64,000 nt of DNA from Mailhella sp. (GTDB lineage: Bacteria > Desulfobacterota > Desulfovibrionia > Desulfovibrionales > Desulfovibrionaceae), in NCBI GenBank assembly GCA_031552135.1, contig JAVBMS010000044.1, positions 3,425 through 67,424 on the forward strand, written 5' to 3'. Under the pieces are notes generated by a model, which saw only the letters and a program-made list of their open reading frames with translations, did not search any database and was not told the origin of the DNA. Positions 8,156 through 19,149 of the stretch are shown in pieces; positions within the stretch are counted from its first letter, which is position 1, and each line of letters begins with the position of its first letter. A program made the translations under genes and the position numbers.

Positions 8156-9343
8156 ATGTCTGTTGTTTCCAAACGGATGGCGGTGGATATTTCCCAGGGT
8201 TCCATGGTGCGCCGCATGTTTGATGCGGGCCTGGAACTGCGGCGTCAGTACGGCGCGGACGCCGTATGCGACTTCAGCCTCGGCAACCCCGACCTCCCTC
8301 CGCCGCCCGTGGTGGCCCAGGCCATGCGCGAGCTGGCCGACACGCTGCACAAGCCCGCCAGCCTCGGCTACATGCCCAACGCCGGCGAGCCGTGGGCGCT
8401 CGACAAGCTGGCCGCCTGGCTTGGCAAACAGCAGGGCATGGCCCTGACGCGCGACGACGTGATGCTGAGCTGCGGCGCGGCAGGCGCGCTCAACGCCTTT
8501 TTGCATACCGTGCTGGAGCCCGGCGACGAAGTGCTGGCCATTGCCCCGTATTTTGTGGAATACGGCTTTTACGCGGGCAACCACGGCGGCGTGCTCAAGG
8601 CCGTCAACTGCCGCCCGGCGGACTTCGGGCCGGACATCGACGCCCTGGCCGCGGCCATCACCCCCAAAACCCGCGCGCTGATCGTCAACTCGCCCAACAA
8701 CCCTTCCGGCGCTATTTACAGCGAGGCCGACATGCGCGCCCTCGCCGCCTTGCTGGCCGACGCCTCGCGCCGTCACGGCCGCCCGATTTTCCTGATTTCC
8801 GACGAACCGTACCGCTTTCTGGCTTACGACGGCGTGCAGGTGCCGTCGGTGCTGCCGCTTTCGCCGTATGCCGTGGTGGTCAGCTCGTTTTCCAAAAATT
8901 ACGGACTCGCGGGCGAACGCATCGGCTATGTGGCCATTTCGCCCGAGTGCGAGGATAAAAAGACGCTCATGGCGGGCCTCATCCTTTCCAACCGCACGCT
9001 CGGCTTCGTCAACCCGCCGGTGGTCGGCCAGTATCTGATGGCCGCCGCGCTGGGCGTGTCCACCGATGCGGCGCTGGCCGTGTATACGCGACGGCGCGAC
9101 ACGCTGGCCTCGATCCTGACGGAAACCGGCTACGAGTTTACGCTGCCCAAGGGCGCGTTCTACTTTTTCCCCAAGGCTCCCGGCAGCGACGATCAGGCTT
9201 TTGTGGACAAGCTGACCAAGGAGCTTGTGCTGGCCGTGCCGGGCCGCGGTTTTGGCTACCCCGGCCACTTCCGGCTTTCCTTCGCCGTGGAGGACGCGGT
9301 GATCGAGCGCTCGCGCAAGGGTTTTGCCAAGGCGCGGGGCTGA
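8156..9343 (+). CDS. PLP-dependent aminotransferase, class I/II (aspartate/aromatic type)
   Basis: SLGNPDLPPP, NSPNNPSGA and SFSKNYGLAGERIGY (PLP-lysine motif). Start at ATG 8156 with GGAGG upstream. Confidence 0.85.
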   Translation: MSVVSKRMAVDISQGSMVRRMFDAGLELRRQYGADAVCDFSLGNPDLPPPPVVAQAMRELADTLHKPASLGYMPNAGEPWALDKLAAWLGKQQGMALTRDDVMLSCGAAGALNAFLHTVLEPGDEVLAIAPYFVEYGFYAGNHGGVLKAVNCRPADFGPDIDALAAAITPKTRALIVNSPNNPSGAIYSEADMRALAALLADASRRHGRPIFLISDEPYRFLAYDGVQVPSVLPLSPYAVVVSSFSKNYGLAGERIGYVAISPECEDKKTLMAGLILSNRTLGFVNPPVVGQYLMAAALGVSTDAALAVYTRRRDTLASILTETGYEFTLPKGAFYFFPKAPGSDDQAFVDKLTKELVLAVPGRGFGYPGHFRLSFAVEDAVIERSRKGFAKARG

Positions 9344-9344
9344 A

Positions 9345-10028
9345 TCACCAAACAAAAGGCACAAGCCGCCAGCGTACCTTGCGGCAGTAGGCCGCATAGC
9401 CGGGCAACTCCGCGCGCAGCACGCGCTCCTCGTCCAGCAAACGGATGACGATGCCGCCGCAGGCCAGAAGCGCGAACGCATAGCCCCACCAGGAGCCCAG
9501 CGCCAGGGGGCTGGCCAGAAAATACAGCGCGGCGGCCGCGTAAAGCGGATGGCGGACAACGGCGTACGGCCCGGTGTCGATGACGCGCTGGTCTTTTGTC
9601 ACCTGGACGGTTGCGGCGGCGTGGCGGTTTTCCAGCAGCACTCGGCCAAAAAAACCGAAGGCGGCCACGAGCAGAACGGCGGCCGCCAGGGAAACTCCGG
9701 CGGGCACGCGCGCGCCGTTCAGCCCGTAATCCGCGCCGCAGGCCACGAACAGGCCGAAGATCAGCAGGCTGTTGACGGCCTGGATGAGCTTCTGGCGGCG
9801 GCTTGGTTCCGCCCACGCGCCGCCGATCAGGCGGGATTCCAGCAGGGCGGGGTCGCGGCGCAGAAAGATCCGCGCCAGCACCAGGCTGGAGCCCAGCAAA
9901 ATCGCCAGGTATACCCAGGCATGCCAATAAAAGATGGTGCGCGCCGGCAGGAAAATCAGCAAAGAAAAAACGGCGGTGGCGGCGACGCTCAGATAAAAAG
10001 CCCTGCGGGCAAGAGCCGGAATGTCCAT
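9345..10028 (-). CDS. isoprenylcysteine carboxyl methyltransferase (ICMT/PEMT) family membrane protein
   Basis: Polytopic hydrophobic protein with a C-terminal VIDTGPYAVVRHPLYAAAALYF...DEERVLRAELPGY motif. The 473-aa track ORF was trimmed to ATG 10028 (GGAGG upstream). Confidence 0.75.
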   Translation of the reverse strand: MDIPALARRAFYLSVAATAVFSLLIFLPARTIFYWHAWVYLAILLGSSLVLARIFLRRDPALLESRLIGGAWAEPSRRQKLIQAVNSLLIFGLFVACGADYGLNGARVPAGVSLAAAVLLVAAFGFFGRVLLENRHAAATVQVTKDQRVIDTGPYAVVRHPLYAAAALYFLASPLALGSWWGYAFALLACGGIVIRLLDEERVLRAELPGYAAYCRKVRWRLVPFVW

Positions 10029-10200
10029 GATGCCTCCGGAGGTTGCAATGTCGCGGGACGCGGAGCGGGACATTTTAAGGAATAGTGCCGCCCGCCGCCG
10101 GATTTGTCCATACCGCTCCGCCCGCTTCCGTCCGGCCAACATCGCCTTGACAGACGTTAACGCGCTTTGTATATTGCTTCGCTTTCGAGGGGCATCAGGC

Positions 10201-10731
10201 ATGATTATTTCGCTCGCAGACATAGCGCCGCAAGGGCAGTCGTTTACGGTGGACGATCCCGCGATCTGGGCGGGGCCGTGGACGGAGTTCGGCATGCCCT
10301 GCCGCATGGCCGAGCCGCTGCGGGCGGAGATTTTTGTGCTGCCCCAGGACGACGGCTGCCTCGTTCGCGGGCGCTTGCAGGGCTCGGTGACCGTGCCGTG
10401 CAACCGCTGCGCGGAAGACGCGCTGGTGCCCGTCGATGTTGCGTTTGACGAGTTTGAGGAGTATCCCCCCCTTCTGGAAGGGGAGGACGACGAGGAGGGC
10501 GAAGAGCCCGGCGACGTGCTTGTCCGGGAAAACGGCCGCCTCATGCTTGATATCGGCGCGCTGTTGTGGGAAGAGTTTTCCCTGGCTCTGCCGGTCAAGC
10601 CCCTGTGTACGCCCGGCTGCCGGGGCGTGTGCCCCGTGTGCGGGCAAAACCAGAATGTGGGTTCCTGCGCCTGCGCCGCTTCGGGCGGCGACCCGCGCTT
10701 TGCGATATTGCGAGAAAAGAACGTGAAATGA
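10201..10731 (+). CDS. yceD: YceD/DUF177 family protein
   Basis: VPCNRCAE ... CRGVCPVCGQN Cys pairs, and the conserved position immediately upstream of rpmF-plsX. Confidence 0.8.
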   Translation: MIISLADIAPQGQSFTVDDPAIWAGPWTEFGMPCRMAEPLRAEIFVLPQDDGCLVRGRLQGSVTVPCNRCAEDALVPVDVAFDEFEEYPPLLEGEDDEEGEEPGDVLVRENGRLMLDIGALLWEEFSLALPVKPLCTPGCRGVCPVCGQNQNVGSCACAASGGDPRFAILREKNVK

Positions 10732-10764
10732 CGGGGCCAGTCCCCGCCTTGCAAGGAGAACGAC

Positions 10765-10947
10765 ATGGCTGTTCAGCAAAACAAAAAATCCCGCTCCCGC
10801 AAGGGCATGCGCCGTTCGCACGACCGCGTGGCGAAGCCCACGGTCATCTACTGCTCCTGCGGAGCCCCCACCACGCCGCACAGCGTGTGCCCCACCTGCG
10901 GCAAGTACAAGGGCCGCCAGGTGGAGCCGGTTGCTGATGGACAATAA
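10765..10947 (+). CDS. rpmF: 50S ribosomal protein L32
   Basis: MAVQQNKKSRSRKGMRRSHD is the N-terminus characteristic of L32. 60 aa. Confidence 0.95.
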   Translation: MAVQQNKKSRSRKGMRRSHDRVAKPTVIYCSCGAPTTPHSVCPTCGKYKGRQVEPVADGQ

Positions 10948-11983
10948 GGTCATTGTCGCCGTGGATGCCATGGGGGGCGATGCCGGCCCCTCTGTGGTCG
11001 TGCCCGGCGCTCTGGACGCGGCGCGTAAGCTGGGAGCCAAAATCCTGCTTACCGGCCGCCCGGAGGACGTGCAGAAGGCGCTGGACGCCCTGCCGCCTTC
11101 GGAGCGCGACGAATCGCTGTACGAAATCGTCCCGGCCTCCCAGGTTGTGGAGATGGAGGAAAAACCCTCCGAAATCCTCCGCACCAAGAAGGATTCCTCC
11201 ATCCAGGTGGCCTGCCGCCTGGTCAAGGAAGGCCGGGCCCAGGCCATTGTCAGCGCAGGCCATTCCGGCGCGGCCGTGGCTTGCGGCATGTTCATCCTCG
11301 GCCGCATCCCCGGTGTGGAGCGCCCGGCGCTCGCCACCATCATGCCCACGGAAAAGTCGCCCATGCTCCTTCTGGACGTGGGCGCCAACGTGGAATGCCG
11401 CCCGCATCACCTTTTCCAGTTCGGCCTCATGGGCGTGACGTTTGCCCAGGACATCCTCGGCTACGCCAATCCCCGCCTCGGCATCCTCAGCATCGGGGAA
11501 GAAGAGGGCAAGGGCAACTCGCTGGTCAAAAGCAGCTATGATCTTTTAAAGCTGGCGCAGAACGTGAACTTCCTCGGCAACGTGGAAGGCCGGGACTTGT
11601 TCACCGGCGACGTGGACGTTGTGGTGTGCGACGGTTTTGTGGGCAACGTAGCCCTCAAGCTCAGCGAAGGGCTTTCGTCCTCGCTTTCGCATGTGCTCAA
11701 GCGCGAGCTGCTGCATTCCGGCCTGCTGCCCAAAATCGGCGCGGCGCTGGCCAGCCGGGCGTTCCGTAACTTCGCCAAAGTGGTGGACTACGCCGAATAC
11801 GGCGGCGCTCCTTTGCTGGGCCTGCAGGGTGTGGCCATCGTGTGCCACGGCGCTTCCAACGTCAAAGCCATTTCCAGCGCCGTGGGCATGGCAGCCACCT
11901 ATGTGGACAAAGGCACGCACACGCGCCTTGTGGCGGCGATCCGCGCCAACGACGAACTGGCGCGTTACGCCCGGTCTGTCTAA
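10937..11983 (+). CDS. plsX: phosphate acyltransferase
   Basis: VAVDAMGGDAGP, VSAGHSGA and CDGFVGNVALK motifs. The ATG at 10937 is preferred over the TTG at 10931. Confidence 0.92.
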   Translation: MDNKVIVAVDAMGGDAGPSVVVPGALDAARKLGAKILLTGRPEDVQKALDALPPSERDESLYEIVPASQVVEMEEKPSEILRTKKDSSIQVACRLVKEGRAQAIVSAGHSGAAVACGMFILGRIPGVERPALATIMPTEKSPMLLLDVGANVECRPHHLFQFGLMGVTFAQDILGYANPRLGILSIGEEEGKGNSLVKSSYDLLKLAQNVNFLGNVEGRDLFTGDVDVVVCDGFVGNVALKLSEGLSSSLSHVLKRELLHSGLLPKIGAALASRAFRNFAKVVDYAEYGGAPLLGLQGVAIVCHGASNVKAISSAVGMAATYVDKGTHTRLVAAIRANDELARYARSV

Positions 11984-12004
11984 TCTTTTTTCCCCGGTTT
12001 TTTC

Positions 12005-13018
12005 ATGAACGCAGCATGCCATATCAGCGGCCTGGGCAGCTTCATTCCGGAACGCGTTTTGAGCAACAGCGATCTGGAAGCCATGGTGGAAACCTCGGAC
12101 GAGTGGATCACCAGTCGCACAGGCATCAAGCGCCGCCACATCCTTGACGACGCGGACAACGCCTCCGACAGCGGCGCGCGGGCCGCGCTCGCCGCGCTGG
12201 AAGACGCCGGGCTCAAAGCCGCCGACCTGACGCATATTTTTGTGGCCACCTGCACGCCGGACTATTTTTGCCCCTCCACCGCCTGCATCGTCGCGGACAA
12301 GCTGGGCCTGAACGCGCGCTCGGAGCCGCACGGCTCGCGGGTGATGTGCCTGGACTTCAACGCCGCCTGCTCCGGCTTTTTGTACGGGCTGGAACTGGCG
12401 CGGGCCACGCTGGCCCTGCATCCTTCGGCCGTGGTGCTTTTGATCGGCACCGAAGCCCTGAGCCGCCGCATGAACTACAACGATCGCTCCACCTGCGTTT
12501 TGTTCGGTGACGGGGCGGGAGCCGCCATTTTGCAGGCCGGGCCCGCCAGGCCGGGCAAGGGCTGGACGCTGGGCGACGTTTCCTGCTGCTCGGACGGTTC
12601 GCAGCATCCGCTGATCACCGTGGGCGGCGGAACGGCCATGAAAGCCAAGCCGGGCGACGCGCTGCCCGACAATTTTTTCCTGCACATGAACGGCAGCGAA
12701 GTTTTCCGCCAGGCCGTGCGCGCCATGGCGTCGGAAAGCCGCGCCATGCTGGAGCGCAACCAGTTAACGGTGGACGACATTGATCTGTTCATCGCCCATC
12801 AGGCCAATTTGCGCATCATCGAGGCCGTGGGCAGCCGTTTGGCGGTGCCGGCGGAAAAAGTGTTCGTCAACGTGCAGGATTTCGGCAACACTTCGGCCGC
12901 CACGCTGCCGCTGGCCATGGACGACGCGCGCCGCCAGGGCGCGCTGAAACCCGGCATGAAGGTGCTGCTTTCCACCTTTGGCGGCGGCAGCACATGGGGC
13001 GCGGCGCTGCTTGTGTAG
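12005..13018 (+). CDS. fabH: 3-oxoacyl-ACP synthase III
   Basis: AACSGFLYGL (active-site Cys), IAHQAN (His) and FGNTSAAT (Asn). Confidence 0.92.
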   Translation: MNAACHISGLGSFIPERVLSNSDLEAMVETSDEWITSRTGIKRRHILDDADNASDSGARAALAALEDAGLKAADLTHIFVATCTPDYFCPSTACIVADKLGLNARSEPHGSRVMCLDFNAACSGFLYGLELARATLALHPSAVVLLIGTEALSRRMNYNDRSTCVLFGDGAGAAILQAGPARPGKGWTLGDVSCCSDGSQHPLITVGGGTAMKAKPGDALPDNFFLHMNGSEVFRQAVRAMASESRAMLERNQLTVDDIDLFIAHQANLRIIEAVGSRLAVPAEKVFVNVQDFGNTSAATLPLAMDDARRQGALKPGMKVLLSTFGGGSTWGAALLV

Positions 13019-13092
13019 CGCTTCGCGTCCGGATGAAATTTGCCGATTGAAATTTGCCGCAAATACGCTAACGTCTCTGGCGAGGTAACGAC

Positions 13093-13830
13093 ATGACACA
13101 ACCCACAGCGCTTGTCACCGGCGGATCCCGCGGCCTTGGCCGCGCCACGGCCCTGACCCTGGCGCGCGAAGGCTTTGAGGTGTTCATCACCTACGTCAGC
13201 AAGCCCGAAGAGGCCGCCCAGACCGTCGCCGCCATTGAGCAGGCCGGGGGCAAGGCCCGCGCTTTCCGGGTGGACGTGGCCGACTCCGACGCCGTGACCG
13301 CGTTTTTTCAGAACGAGATCAAGGACAAGGTCGATCTGGCCGTGCTGGTCAACAACGCCGGCATCACCAAGGACGCCCTCATCCTGCGCATGAAGGACGA
13401 GGACTTTGACCGCGTGCTGAACATCAACCTGCGCGGCGCGTTTTTGTGCCTGCGCGAAGCGGCCAAGATCATGGTCAAGCAGCGCCACGGCCGCATCGTC
13501 AATATTACGTCCGTTGTCGGCCAGATGGGCAACGCCAGCCAGATCAACTATTCTTCCGCCAAGGCCGGCCTGATCGGCATGACCAAGTCGGCCGCCAAGG
13601 AACTGGCCGCGCGCGACATCACCGTCAACGCCGTGGCCCCCGGTTTTATCGAAACCGACATGACGGCCGTGCTGACGCAGGAAGCGCGCGACGCTTACGC
13701 CAAAGCCATTCCGCTCGGCCGCATGGGCTCCGCCCAGGATGTGGCGGATGCCGTGGCTTTTCTGGCTTCGGACAAAGCGGCGTACATTACCGGACAAGTG
13801 CTGGCTGTCAACGGCGGCCTTTATTGTTAA
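13093..13830 (+). CDS. fabG: 3-oxoacyl-ACP reductase
   Basis: TGGSRGLGRA Rossmann motif, NNAGI, YSSAKAG (YxxxK). Position between fabH and acpP. Confidence 0.92.
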   Translation: MTQPTALVTGGSRGLGRATALTLAREGFEVFITYVSKPEEAAQTVAAIEQAGGKARAFRVDVADSDAVTAFFQNEIKDKVDLAVLVNNAGITKDALILRMKDEDFDRVLNINLRGAFLCLREAAKIMVKQRHGRIVNITSVVGQMGNASQINYSSAKAGLIGMTKSAAKELAARDITVNAVAPGFIETDMTAVLTQEARDAYAKAIPLGRMGSAQDVADAVAFLASDKAAYITGQVLAVNGGLYC

Positions 13831-13857
13831 CCTGAAACACGGCCCTTTGGAGGGAAC

Positions 13858-14091
13858 ATGTCTGTTGAGGCGAAAATCAAGCAGATCATCAAGGATCAGC
13901 TCGGCGTGTCCGAGGAAGAAGTGAAGCCCGAAGCCTCTTTTGTGGAAGATTTGGGCGCTGATTCGCTGGATCTTACCGAGCTGATCATGGCGATGGAAGA
14001 AGAGTTCGGCGTGGAAATCGCCGACGAAGACGCCCAGAAGATGCTCAAGGTCAAAGACGCGATCCAGTACGTCGAAAACAAAAAGAAGTAA
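13858..14091 (+). CDS. acpP: acyl carrier protein
   Basis: 77 aa with [20 protein letters not shown], including the phosphopantetheinylated Ser of the DSL motif. Confidence 0.95.
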   Translation: MSVEAKIKQIIKDQLGVSEEEVKPEASFVEDLGADSLDLTELIMAMEEEFGVEIADEDAQKMLKVKDAIQYVENKKK

Positions 14092-14173
14092 GGCCAAAAG
14101 CCATGGGAACGCGGCGCTCTTTTTCGCGAAGGAGCGCCGCTCCTGCCTTGCGCCCTGTGAATGAGGAGGATCC

Positions 14174-15421
14174 ATGCCCCGGAAGCGTGTTGTTGTTACC
14201 GGCGTGTCGGCCATAACCCCCCTGGGGCTTGACGCGGCGAGCAGTTGGGAAGCCCTTCTGGCCGGAAAGTCCGGCATCGGCCCCATTACCCATTTTGACG
14301 CCACGGAATACGACACCCACATCGCCGGCGAGGTCAAAGGCTTTGATCCCGAAGCCGTGATTCCCGCCAAACAGTGCCGCCGCATGGATCGCTTTGTGCA
14401 ACTTGCGGTGTGCGGGGCGTTGCAGCTTGTGGAACACGCCGCCTACCGCGTGGACGAAAGCAACGCGGAACGCACGGGCGTTATCCTGGGCGTGGGCCTT
14501 GGCGGCCTTTCGACGATCGAAACCTTCCACTCCAAACTGCTGGAGTCCGGGCCGAGCCGCGTTTCGCCGTTCTACATCCCCATGCTCATTTCCAACATGG
14601 CGCCCGGCCAGGTGGCCATCTTCACCGGGGTCAAGGGCGTCAACGTGGTCATGACCAGTGCCTGCGCCTCCGCGCTGCACGCCATTGGCTATTCCTTCTC
14701 TGACATTATGCTGGATCGCTGCGATGCCGTGATCACCGGCGGCATGGAAGCCACCATTACGCCCATGGGCATTTCGGGCTTCACGTCCATGAAGGCGCTC
14801 TCCACCAAATTTCAGGACGAGCCGCACCGTGCGTCCCGCCCGTTCGACGCCGACCGCTCCGGCTTTGTGATGGGCGAAGGCGCGGGCATGCTGATGGTGG
14901 AAAGCCTGGATTCCGCCCTGGCGCGCGGAGCCACCATCTATGCGGAAATTTTGGGTTTCGGCGCTTCCGACGATGCCTACCACATGGTTGCCCCGCACGA
15001 AACCGGCGAGGGCATGGCCCTGGCCATGAAGCGCGCCCTGGCCGACGCCGGCATCAAGCCCTCGGACGTGGATCATGTCAGCGCCCACGGCACGTCCACC
15101 TCGGCTAACGACGCGGCGGAAACGCGCGCCCTGCACGCGGTGTTTGGCGATCACGCGCCCAAACTCGCCATTACGGCCGTCAAGTCGCAAATCGGCCACC
15201 TGCTTGGTGCGGCGGGCGGCGCGGCCAGCGTGTTCGCCACGCTGTCGCTGCATACCGGCATGGTGCCCGGCACCATCAACCAGGAAAACCGCGATCCGGA
15301 GTGCGATCTCAATTACATGGCCAACGGCTCTCAAAAGCTCGATCCCCGCATCGCCATGATCAACGCGTTCGGCTTTGGCGGCACCAACGCCAGCCTTGTG
15401 CTTAAGAAATTTGAGGGGTAA
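14174..15421 (+). CDS. fabF: 3-oxoacyl-ACP synthase II
   Basis: [12 protein letters not shown] (active-site Cys), [23 protein letters not shown]. Confidence 0.92.
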   Translation: MPRKRVVVTGVSAITPLGLDAASSWEALLAGKSGIGPITHFDATEYDTHIAGEVKGFDPEAVIPAKQCRRMDRFVQLAVCGALQLVEHAAYRVDESNAERTGVILGVGLGGLSTIETFHSKLLESGPSRVSPFYIPMLISNMAPGQVAIFTGVKGVNVVMTSACASALHAIGYSFSDIMLDRCDAVITGGMEATITPMGISGFTSMKALSTKFQDEPHRASRPFDADRSGFVMGEGAGMLMVESLDSALARGATIYAEILGFGASDDAYHMVAPHETGEGMALAMKRALADAGIKPSDVDHVSAHGTSTSANDAAETRALHAVFGDHAPKLAITAVKSQIGHLLGAAGGAASVFATLSLHTGMVPGTINQENRDPECDLNYMANGSQKLDPRIAMINAFGFGGTNASLVLKKFEG

Positions 15422-15482
15422 CGTTCCCCGCGACGAGTACCCGGGCCGCACGGCCCCTTCCTTTTTGTTCAGGAGAACAGCG

Positions 15483-16733
15483 ATGCAGGAATTGATGCTT
15501 CAGGATCCGCAGGTGGCGGAGGCGATCTGGAAAGAAAGCCGTCGGCAAATGGGCAAGCTGGAGCTGATCGCTTCGGAAAACTTTGTGTCCGCCGCCGTCC
15601 GGCAGGCCCAGGGTTCCGTGCTGACGCACAAATACGCCGAGGGCTATCCCGGCAAGCGTTACTACGGCGGCTGCGAATTTGTGGACATGGCGGAAAATCT
15701 GGCCATTGACCGCGCCAAGGCCCTGTTCGGGTGCAGCTACGCCAACGTGCAGCCCCACGCGGGCAGCCAGGCCAATATGGCCGCGTATTTCGCCTGGCTC
15801 AAGCCCGGCGACACCATTCTGGGCATGGATCTTTCGCACGGCGGCCACCTCACGCACGGCAGCCCGGTCAACTTTTCGGGCCGCCTGTTCAATGTGGTTT
15901 TTTACGGCGTGGACAAGGAAAGCGGCCATATCGACTACGCGATGATGGAGCAGATGGCCCGCGAGCACAAACCCGCCATGATCGTGGCCGGAGCCAGCGC
16001 CTACCCCCGCATCATCGATTTCGCGCGCTTCCGCAAGGCGGCGGATGAAGTCGGCGCCCGACTTATGGTCGATATGGCGCACATTGCCGGTCTGGTGGCC
16101 GCAAACCTGCATCCTTCGCCCCTGGGCCACGCCCATGTGGTGACCACCACCACGCACAAAACCCTGCGCGGCCCGCGCGGCGGCATGATCCTGGCCGACG
16201 GCGCCGCTGGGGACGATGTGGGCAAGCGCCTGAACAGCCAGATTTTTCCCGGCATCCAGGGCGGCCCGCTTATGCACGTTATCGCGGCCAAAGCCGTGGC
16301 TTTTGGCGAGGCGTTGCGGCCCGAGTTCGCCGACTACCAGCGCCAGGTGCTCAAAAACGCCGTCGCGCTGGCCGCCTGCCTGAAAAGCGCGGGTTACGAC
16401 CTTGTGTCCGGCGGCACCGACAATCACCTGATGCTGCTTGATCTCACCCGCAAGGACATCACCGGCAAGGACGCCGAGCGCGCCCTCGACGCGGCGGGTA
16501 TTACGGTCAACAAAAACACGGTGCCGTTTGAAACGCGCTCGCCCATGGTCACCTCGGGCGTCCGCCTGGGCACGCCCGCGCTCACCACGCGCGGCATGAA
16601 AGAAAAAGACATGGAAACCGTGGCCGGCTGGATTGTGGACGTGCTGGGCCACAGCACGGACGACGCCTACCTGGCCGCCGTCAGCCGCGATGTGGAAACC
16701 TTTGCCACGCGCTTCCCGCTTTTTGCCTGGTAA
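15483..16733 (+). CDS. glyA: serine hydroxymethyltransferase
   Basis: LELIASENF and [14 protein letters not shown] (PLP-lysine). The track ORF was trimmed to ATG 15483, giving 416 aa. Confidence 0.95.
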   Translation: MQELMLQDPQVAEAIWKESRRQMGKLELIASENFVSAAVRQAQGSVLTHKYAEGYPGKRYYGGCEFVDMAENLAIDRAKALFGCSYANVQPHAGSQANMAAYFAWLKPGDTILGMDLSHGGHLTHGSPVNFSGRLFNVVFYGVDKESGHIDYAMMEQMAREHKPAMIVAGASAYPRIIDFARFRKAADEVGARLMVDMAHIAGLVAANLHPSPLGHAHVVTTTTHKTLRGPRGGMILADGAAGDDVGKRLNSQIFPGIQGGPLMHVIAAKAVAFGEALRPEFADYQRQVLKNAVALAACLKSAGYDLVSGGTDNHLMLLDLTRKDITGKDAERALDAAGITVNKNTVPFETRSPMVTSGVRLGTPALTTRGMKEKDMETVAGWIVDVLGHSTDDAYLAAVSRDVETFATRFPLFAW

Positions 16734-16772
16734 GCCGCGCGAAGGATTTGTCATTATTGTATCATGATTCTG

Positions 16773-16792
16773 AGGGGGCTTCGGCCCCCTTT
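16773..16792 (+). terminator. stem-loop after glyA
   Basis: AGGGGGC-TTCG-GCCCCCT followed by TT, 40 nt after the glyA stop. Confidence 0.4.
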
Positions 16793-16868
16793 CCAGTTCC
16801 GCGCTCCCGTGCTAGATGTTCGGCTGGGCGTTCGCCCGGATGAATGACGGGCGCTTACGGAGGATGCC

Positions 16869-17369
16869 ATGGCGGAAGCCGGCCGGATCAGTTGGTCGCA
16901 GTATTTTATGCGCATCGCCTACCTTGTGGCGGAGCGCTCCACCTGCCTGCGCCGCCGGGTGGGCGCGGTAGCGGTCAAGGATCGGCGCATCCTCGCCACC
17001 GGCTACAACGGCGCGCCGGCCGGCGTGCCGCACTGCGCCGAGGTGGGCTGCCTGCGCCAGCAGCGCAACATCCCTTCGGGCCAGAGCCACGAAATTTGCC
17101 GGGGCCTGCACGCGGAACAAAACGTGATCGTCCAGGCCGCCATCCACGGCATTTCCCTGCCGGGTGCGGAACTGTTCTGCACAACCCAGCCTTGCATCAT
17201 CTGCATGAAGCTGCTGATCAACTGCGGCATCACCACCGTCTGGCACGCGGAAAGCTACCCCGATCCCCTGGCCGAAGCCATGGCCAGGGAAGCCGGCGTG
17301 CGCCTGGAACTGTTGCCGCTGGAGGGAGACTACCCGTTTGGAATCCATCCGGCCGGAGTCCGGCCGTGA
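16869..17369 (+). CDS. deoxycytidylate (dCMP) deaminase
   Basis: GLHAEQNVI (HAE) and [11 protein letters not shown] (PCxxC) zinc motifs. 166 aa. Confidence 0.85.
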   Translation: MAEAGRISWSQYFMRIAYLVAERSTCLRRRVGAVAVKDRRILATGYNGAPAGVPHCAEVGCLRQQRNIPSGQSHEICRGLHAEQNVIVQAAIHGISLPGAELFCTTQPCIICMKLLINCGITTVWHAESYPDPLAEAMAREAGVRLELLPLEGDYPFGIHPAGVRP

Positions 17370-17386
17370 GCCCCTGCGCCGCGCTG

Positions 17387-18493
17387 ATGCGCGAAGCCCT
17401 GGAGCTGGCCGAACGCGGCCGCTGGAGCGCGGCGCCCAATCCCACGGTCGGCGCGGTGCTGGCGAAGAACGGCGTGGTTGTCGCGCGCGGCTGGCACGAG
17501 GCCCCCGGCCGGGATCATGCGGAAATCGCCTGCCTCAAGGACGCCGCCGCAAAAGACGTTGACCCGGCGGGCTGCACGCTGGCGGTCACGCTGGAACCCT
17601 GCGCCCATTACGGCAAAACGCCGCCCTGCGCGGACGCGATCATCGCGGCGGGCATACGGCATGTGGTGATCGGCACGGCCGACGCCAACCCCGTCGCCGC
17701 CGGAGGCGCGGCCAAACTGCGCGAGGCGGGCGTGCGCGTGGATGGGGTGGACATGGGCATACTCGAAGGCGAGTGCCGGGATTTGATCGCCGATTTTACC
17801 GTGTGGCAGACCACGGATCGCCCCTATGTGATCCTCAAAATGGCCTCAACGCTGGACGGCCGCATCGCGGGCCGCCAGGGCCGCGCCCAGCGCGTGACCG
17901 GCGAGGCCTCGCGCCAAAAAGTTATGGAATTGCGCGCCAACGTGGGCCGCGCGGGCGGAGCCGTACTGGTGGGCGGCCAGACGTTGCGCCGCGACGATCC
18001 TTTGCTGACCGCGCGCGATGTTTCCGCTCTTCGCCAGCCGCTGGCGGCTGTCGCCTCGTCGTTGCCTCCGGCTGCGGACGCCCGCTTGCTGCGCGAACGC
18101 GCGGGCGAATCCGTCTTTTTTTGCCGGGCCGAACACGCCGCGTCCGCCGAGGCGGAGGCGCTGCGGCGCAAGGGCGCGCGACTTTACGGCGTGGAGCCGG
18201 ACGCGGCGGGTATTGATCTGCGCCGGGTGCTGACCATTTTGCGCCAAGAAGAAGGCTGCCCCTATGTCCTGTGCGAAGGCGGGGGCAAGCTGGCTTTTTC
18301 CTTGCTGCGCGGCGGCCTTGTGGACGAATTTCATCTGCATTACGCGCCGCTGGTGCTGGGCGCGGAAGATGCCGAACCTCTCTTTGCGGGCAACAGCGGA
18401 GCGTCCATGGACGCCGCCCTGCGCCTGCGCCTTTGCCGGGAAGAGCGGGTGGGCGGCGACATCCACCTTGTTTTCCGGCCGGAACGGAACTAG
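17387..18493 (+). CDS. ribD: bifunctional riboflavin biosynthesis deaminase/reductase
   Basis: DHAEIACL and TLEPCAHYGKTPPC deaminase motifs plus a C-terminal reductase domain. An in-frame GTG at 17366 overlapping the previous stop (GTGA) is an alternative start. Confidence 0.9.
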   Translation: MREALELAERGRWSAAPNPTVGAVLAKNGVVVARGWHEAPGRDHAEIACLKDAAAKDVDPAGCTLAVTLEPCAHYGKTPPCADAIIAAGIRHVVIGTADANPVAAGGAAKLREAGVRVDGVDMGILEGECRDLIADFTVWQTTDRPYVILKMASTLDGRIAGRQGRAQRVTGEASRQKVMELRANVGRAGGAVLVGGQTLRRDDPLLTARDVSALRQPLAAVASSLPPAADARLLRERAGESVFFCRAEHAASAEAEALRRKGARLYGVEPDAAGIDLRRVLTILRQEEGCPYVLCEGGGKLAFSLLRGGLVDEFHLHYAPLVLGAEDAEPLFAGNSGASMDAALRLRLCREERVGGDIHLVFRPERN

Positions 18494-18494
18494 C

Positions 18495-19139
18495 ATGTTC
18501 AGCGGACTTGTTAACGGACAGGGCGAAGTGATCGCCGTGGATGCGCGCGCCGGGCAGGCCCGCCTGCGCATCCGGGCGCTTTTCGCGTGGGCGGATCCCC
18601 GTGTGGGGGAATCCGTCGCGGTGAACGGCGCCTGCCTGACGGCGGAAACCTGGGAAGGCGAAAGCGTGTTTGCCGCCTACGCCTCGGCCGAAACGCTCGC
18701 GCACACCACGCTGGGCGATCTGCGTCCCGGCGCGCGCGTCAATCTGGAGCGGGCGCTGGCGCTGGGCGACCGGTTGGGCGGGCATCTGGTCAGCGGTCAT
18801 GTGGACGCGGTGGCGCGCGTCGCCGCCGTCACAAAAGACGGGGAATCGCGCCGAGTGCGCCTGGAATTTGATCCGGCCTGGAGCGGGCAGATCATCCCCA
18901 AGGGCTCGGTGGCGCTGGACGGCGTCAGCCTCACGGTCAACGCCTGCGGCCCCGGCTTTTTGGAGGTCAATGTCATTCCGGAAACGTGGCGCGTTACCAC
19001 GGCGGCGCATTGGGCGCCCGGCCGCGCCGTCAATCTGGAAACGGACATGATCGGCAAATACGTCCAGCACGCGCTTGCGCCCGCCGCTCCGGCACCGGGC
19101 GGGCTGACCCTGGATTTTTTGCGCGAAAACGGGTTTTAA
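18495..19139 (+). CDS. ribE: riboflavin synthase
   Basis: MFSGLVNGQGEV and two lumazine-binding repeats (GESVAVNGACLT, GSVALDGVSLTV). Track ORF trimmed to ATG 18495. Confidence 0.9.
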   Translation: MFSGLVNGQGEVIAVDARAGQARLRIRALFAWADPRVGESVAVNGACLTAETWEGESVFAAYASAETLAHTTLGDLRPGARVNLERALALGDRLGGHLVSGHVDAVARVAAVTKDGESRRVRLEFDPAWSGQIIPKGSVALDGVSLTVNACGPGFLEVNVIPETWRVTTAAHWAPGRAVNLETDMIGKYVQHALAPAAPAPGGLTLDFLRENGF

Positions 19140-19149
19140 AGGATAACAT

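Noticed and set aside
16794-16803. Possible third, inverted copy of the CGGAACTG motif (CAGTTCCG) right after the glyA hairpin.
   Set aside because: Only 8 nt match. A given 8-mer is expected about twice by chance in 128 kb of two-stranded sequence, and the rest of the element is absent.
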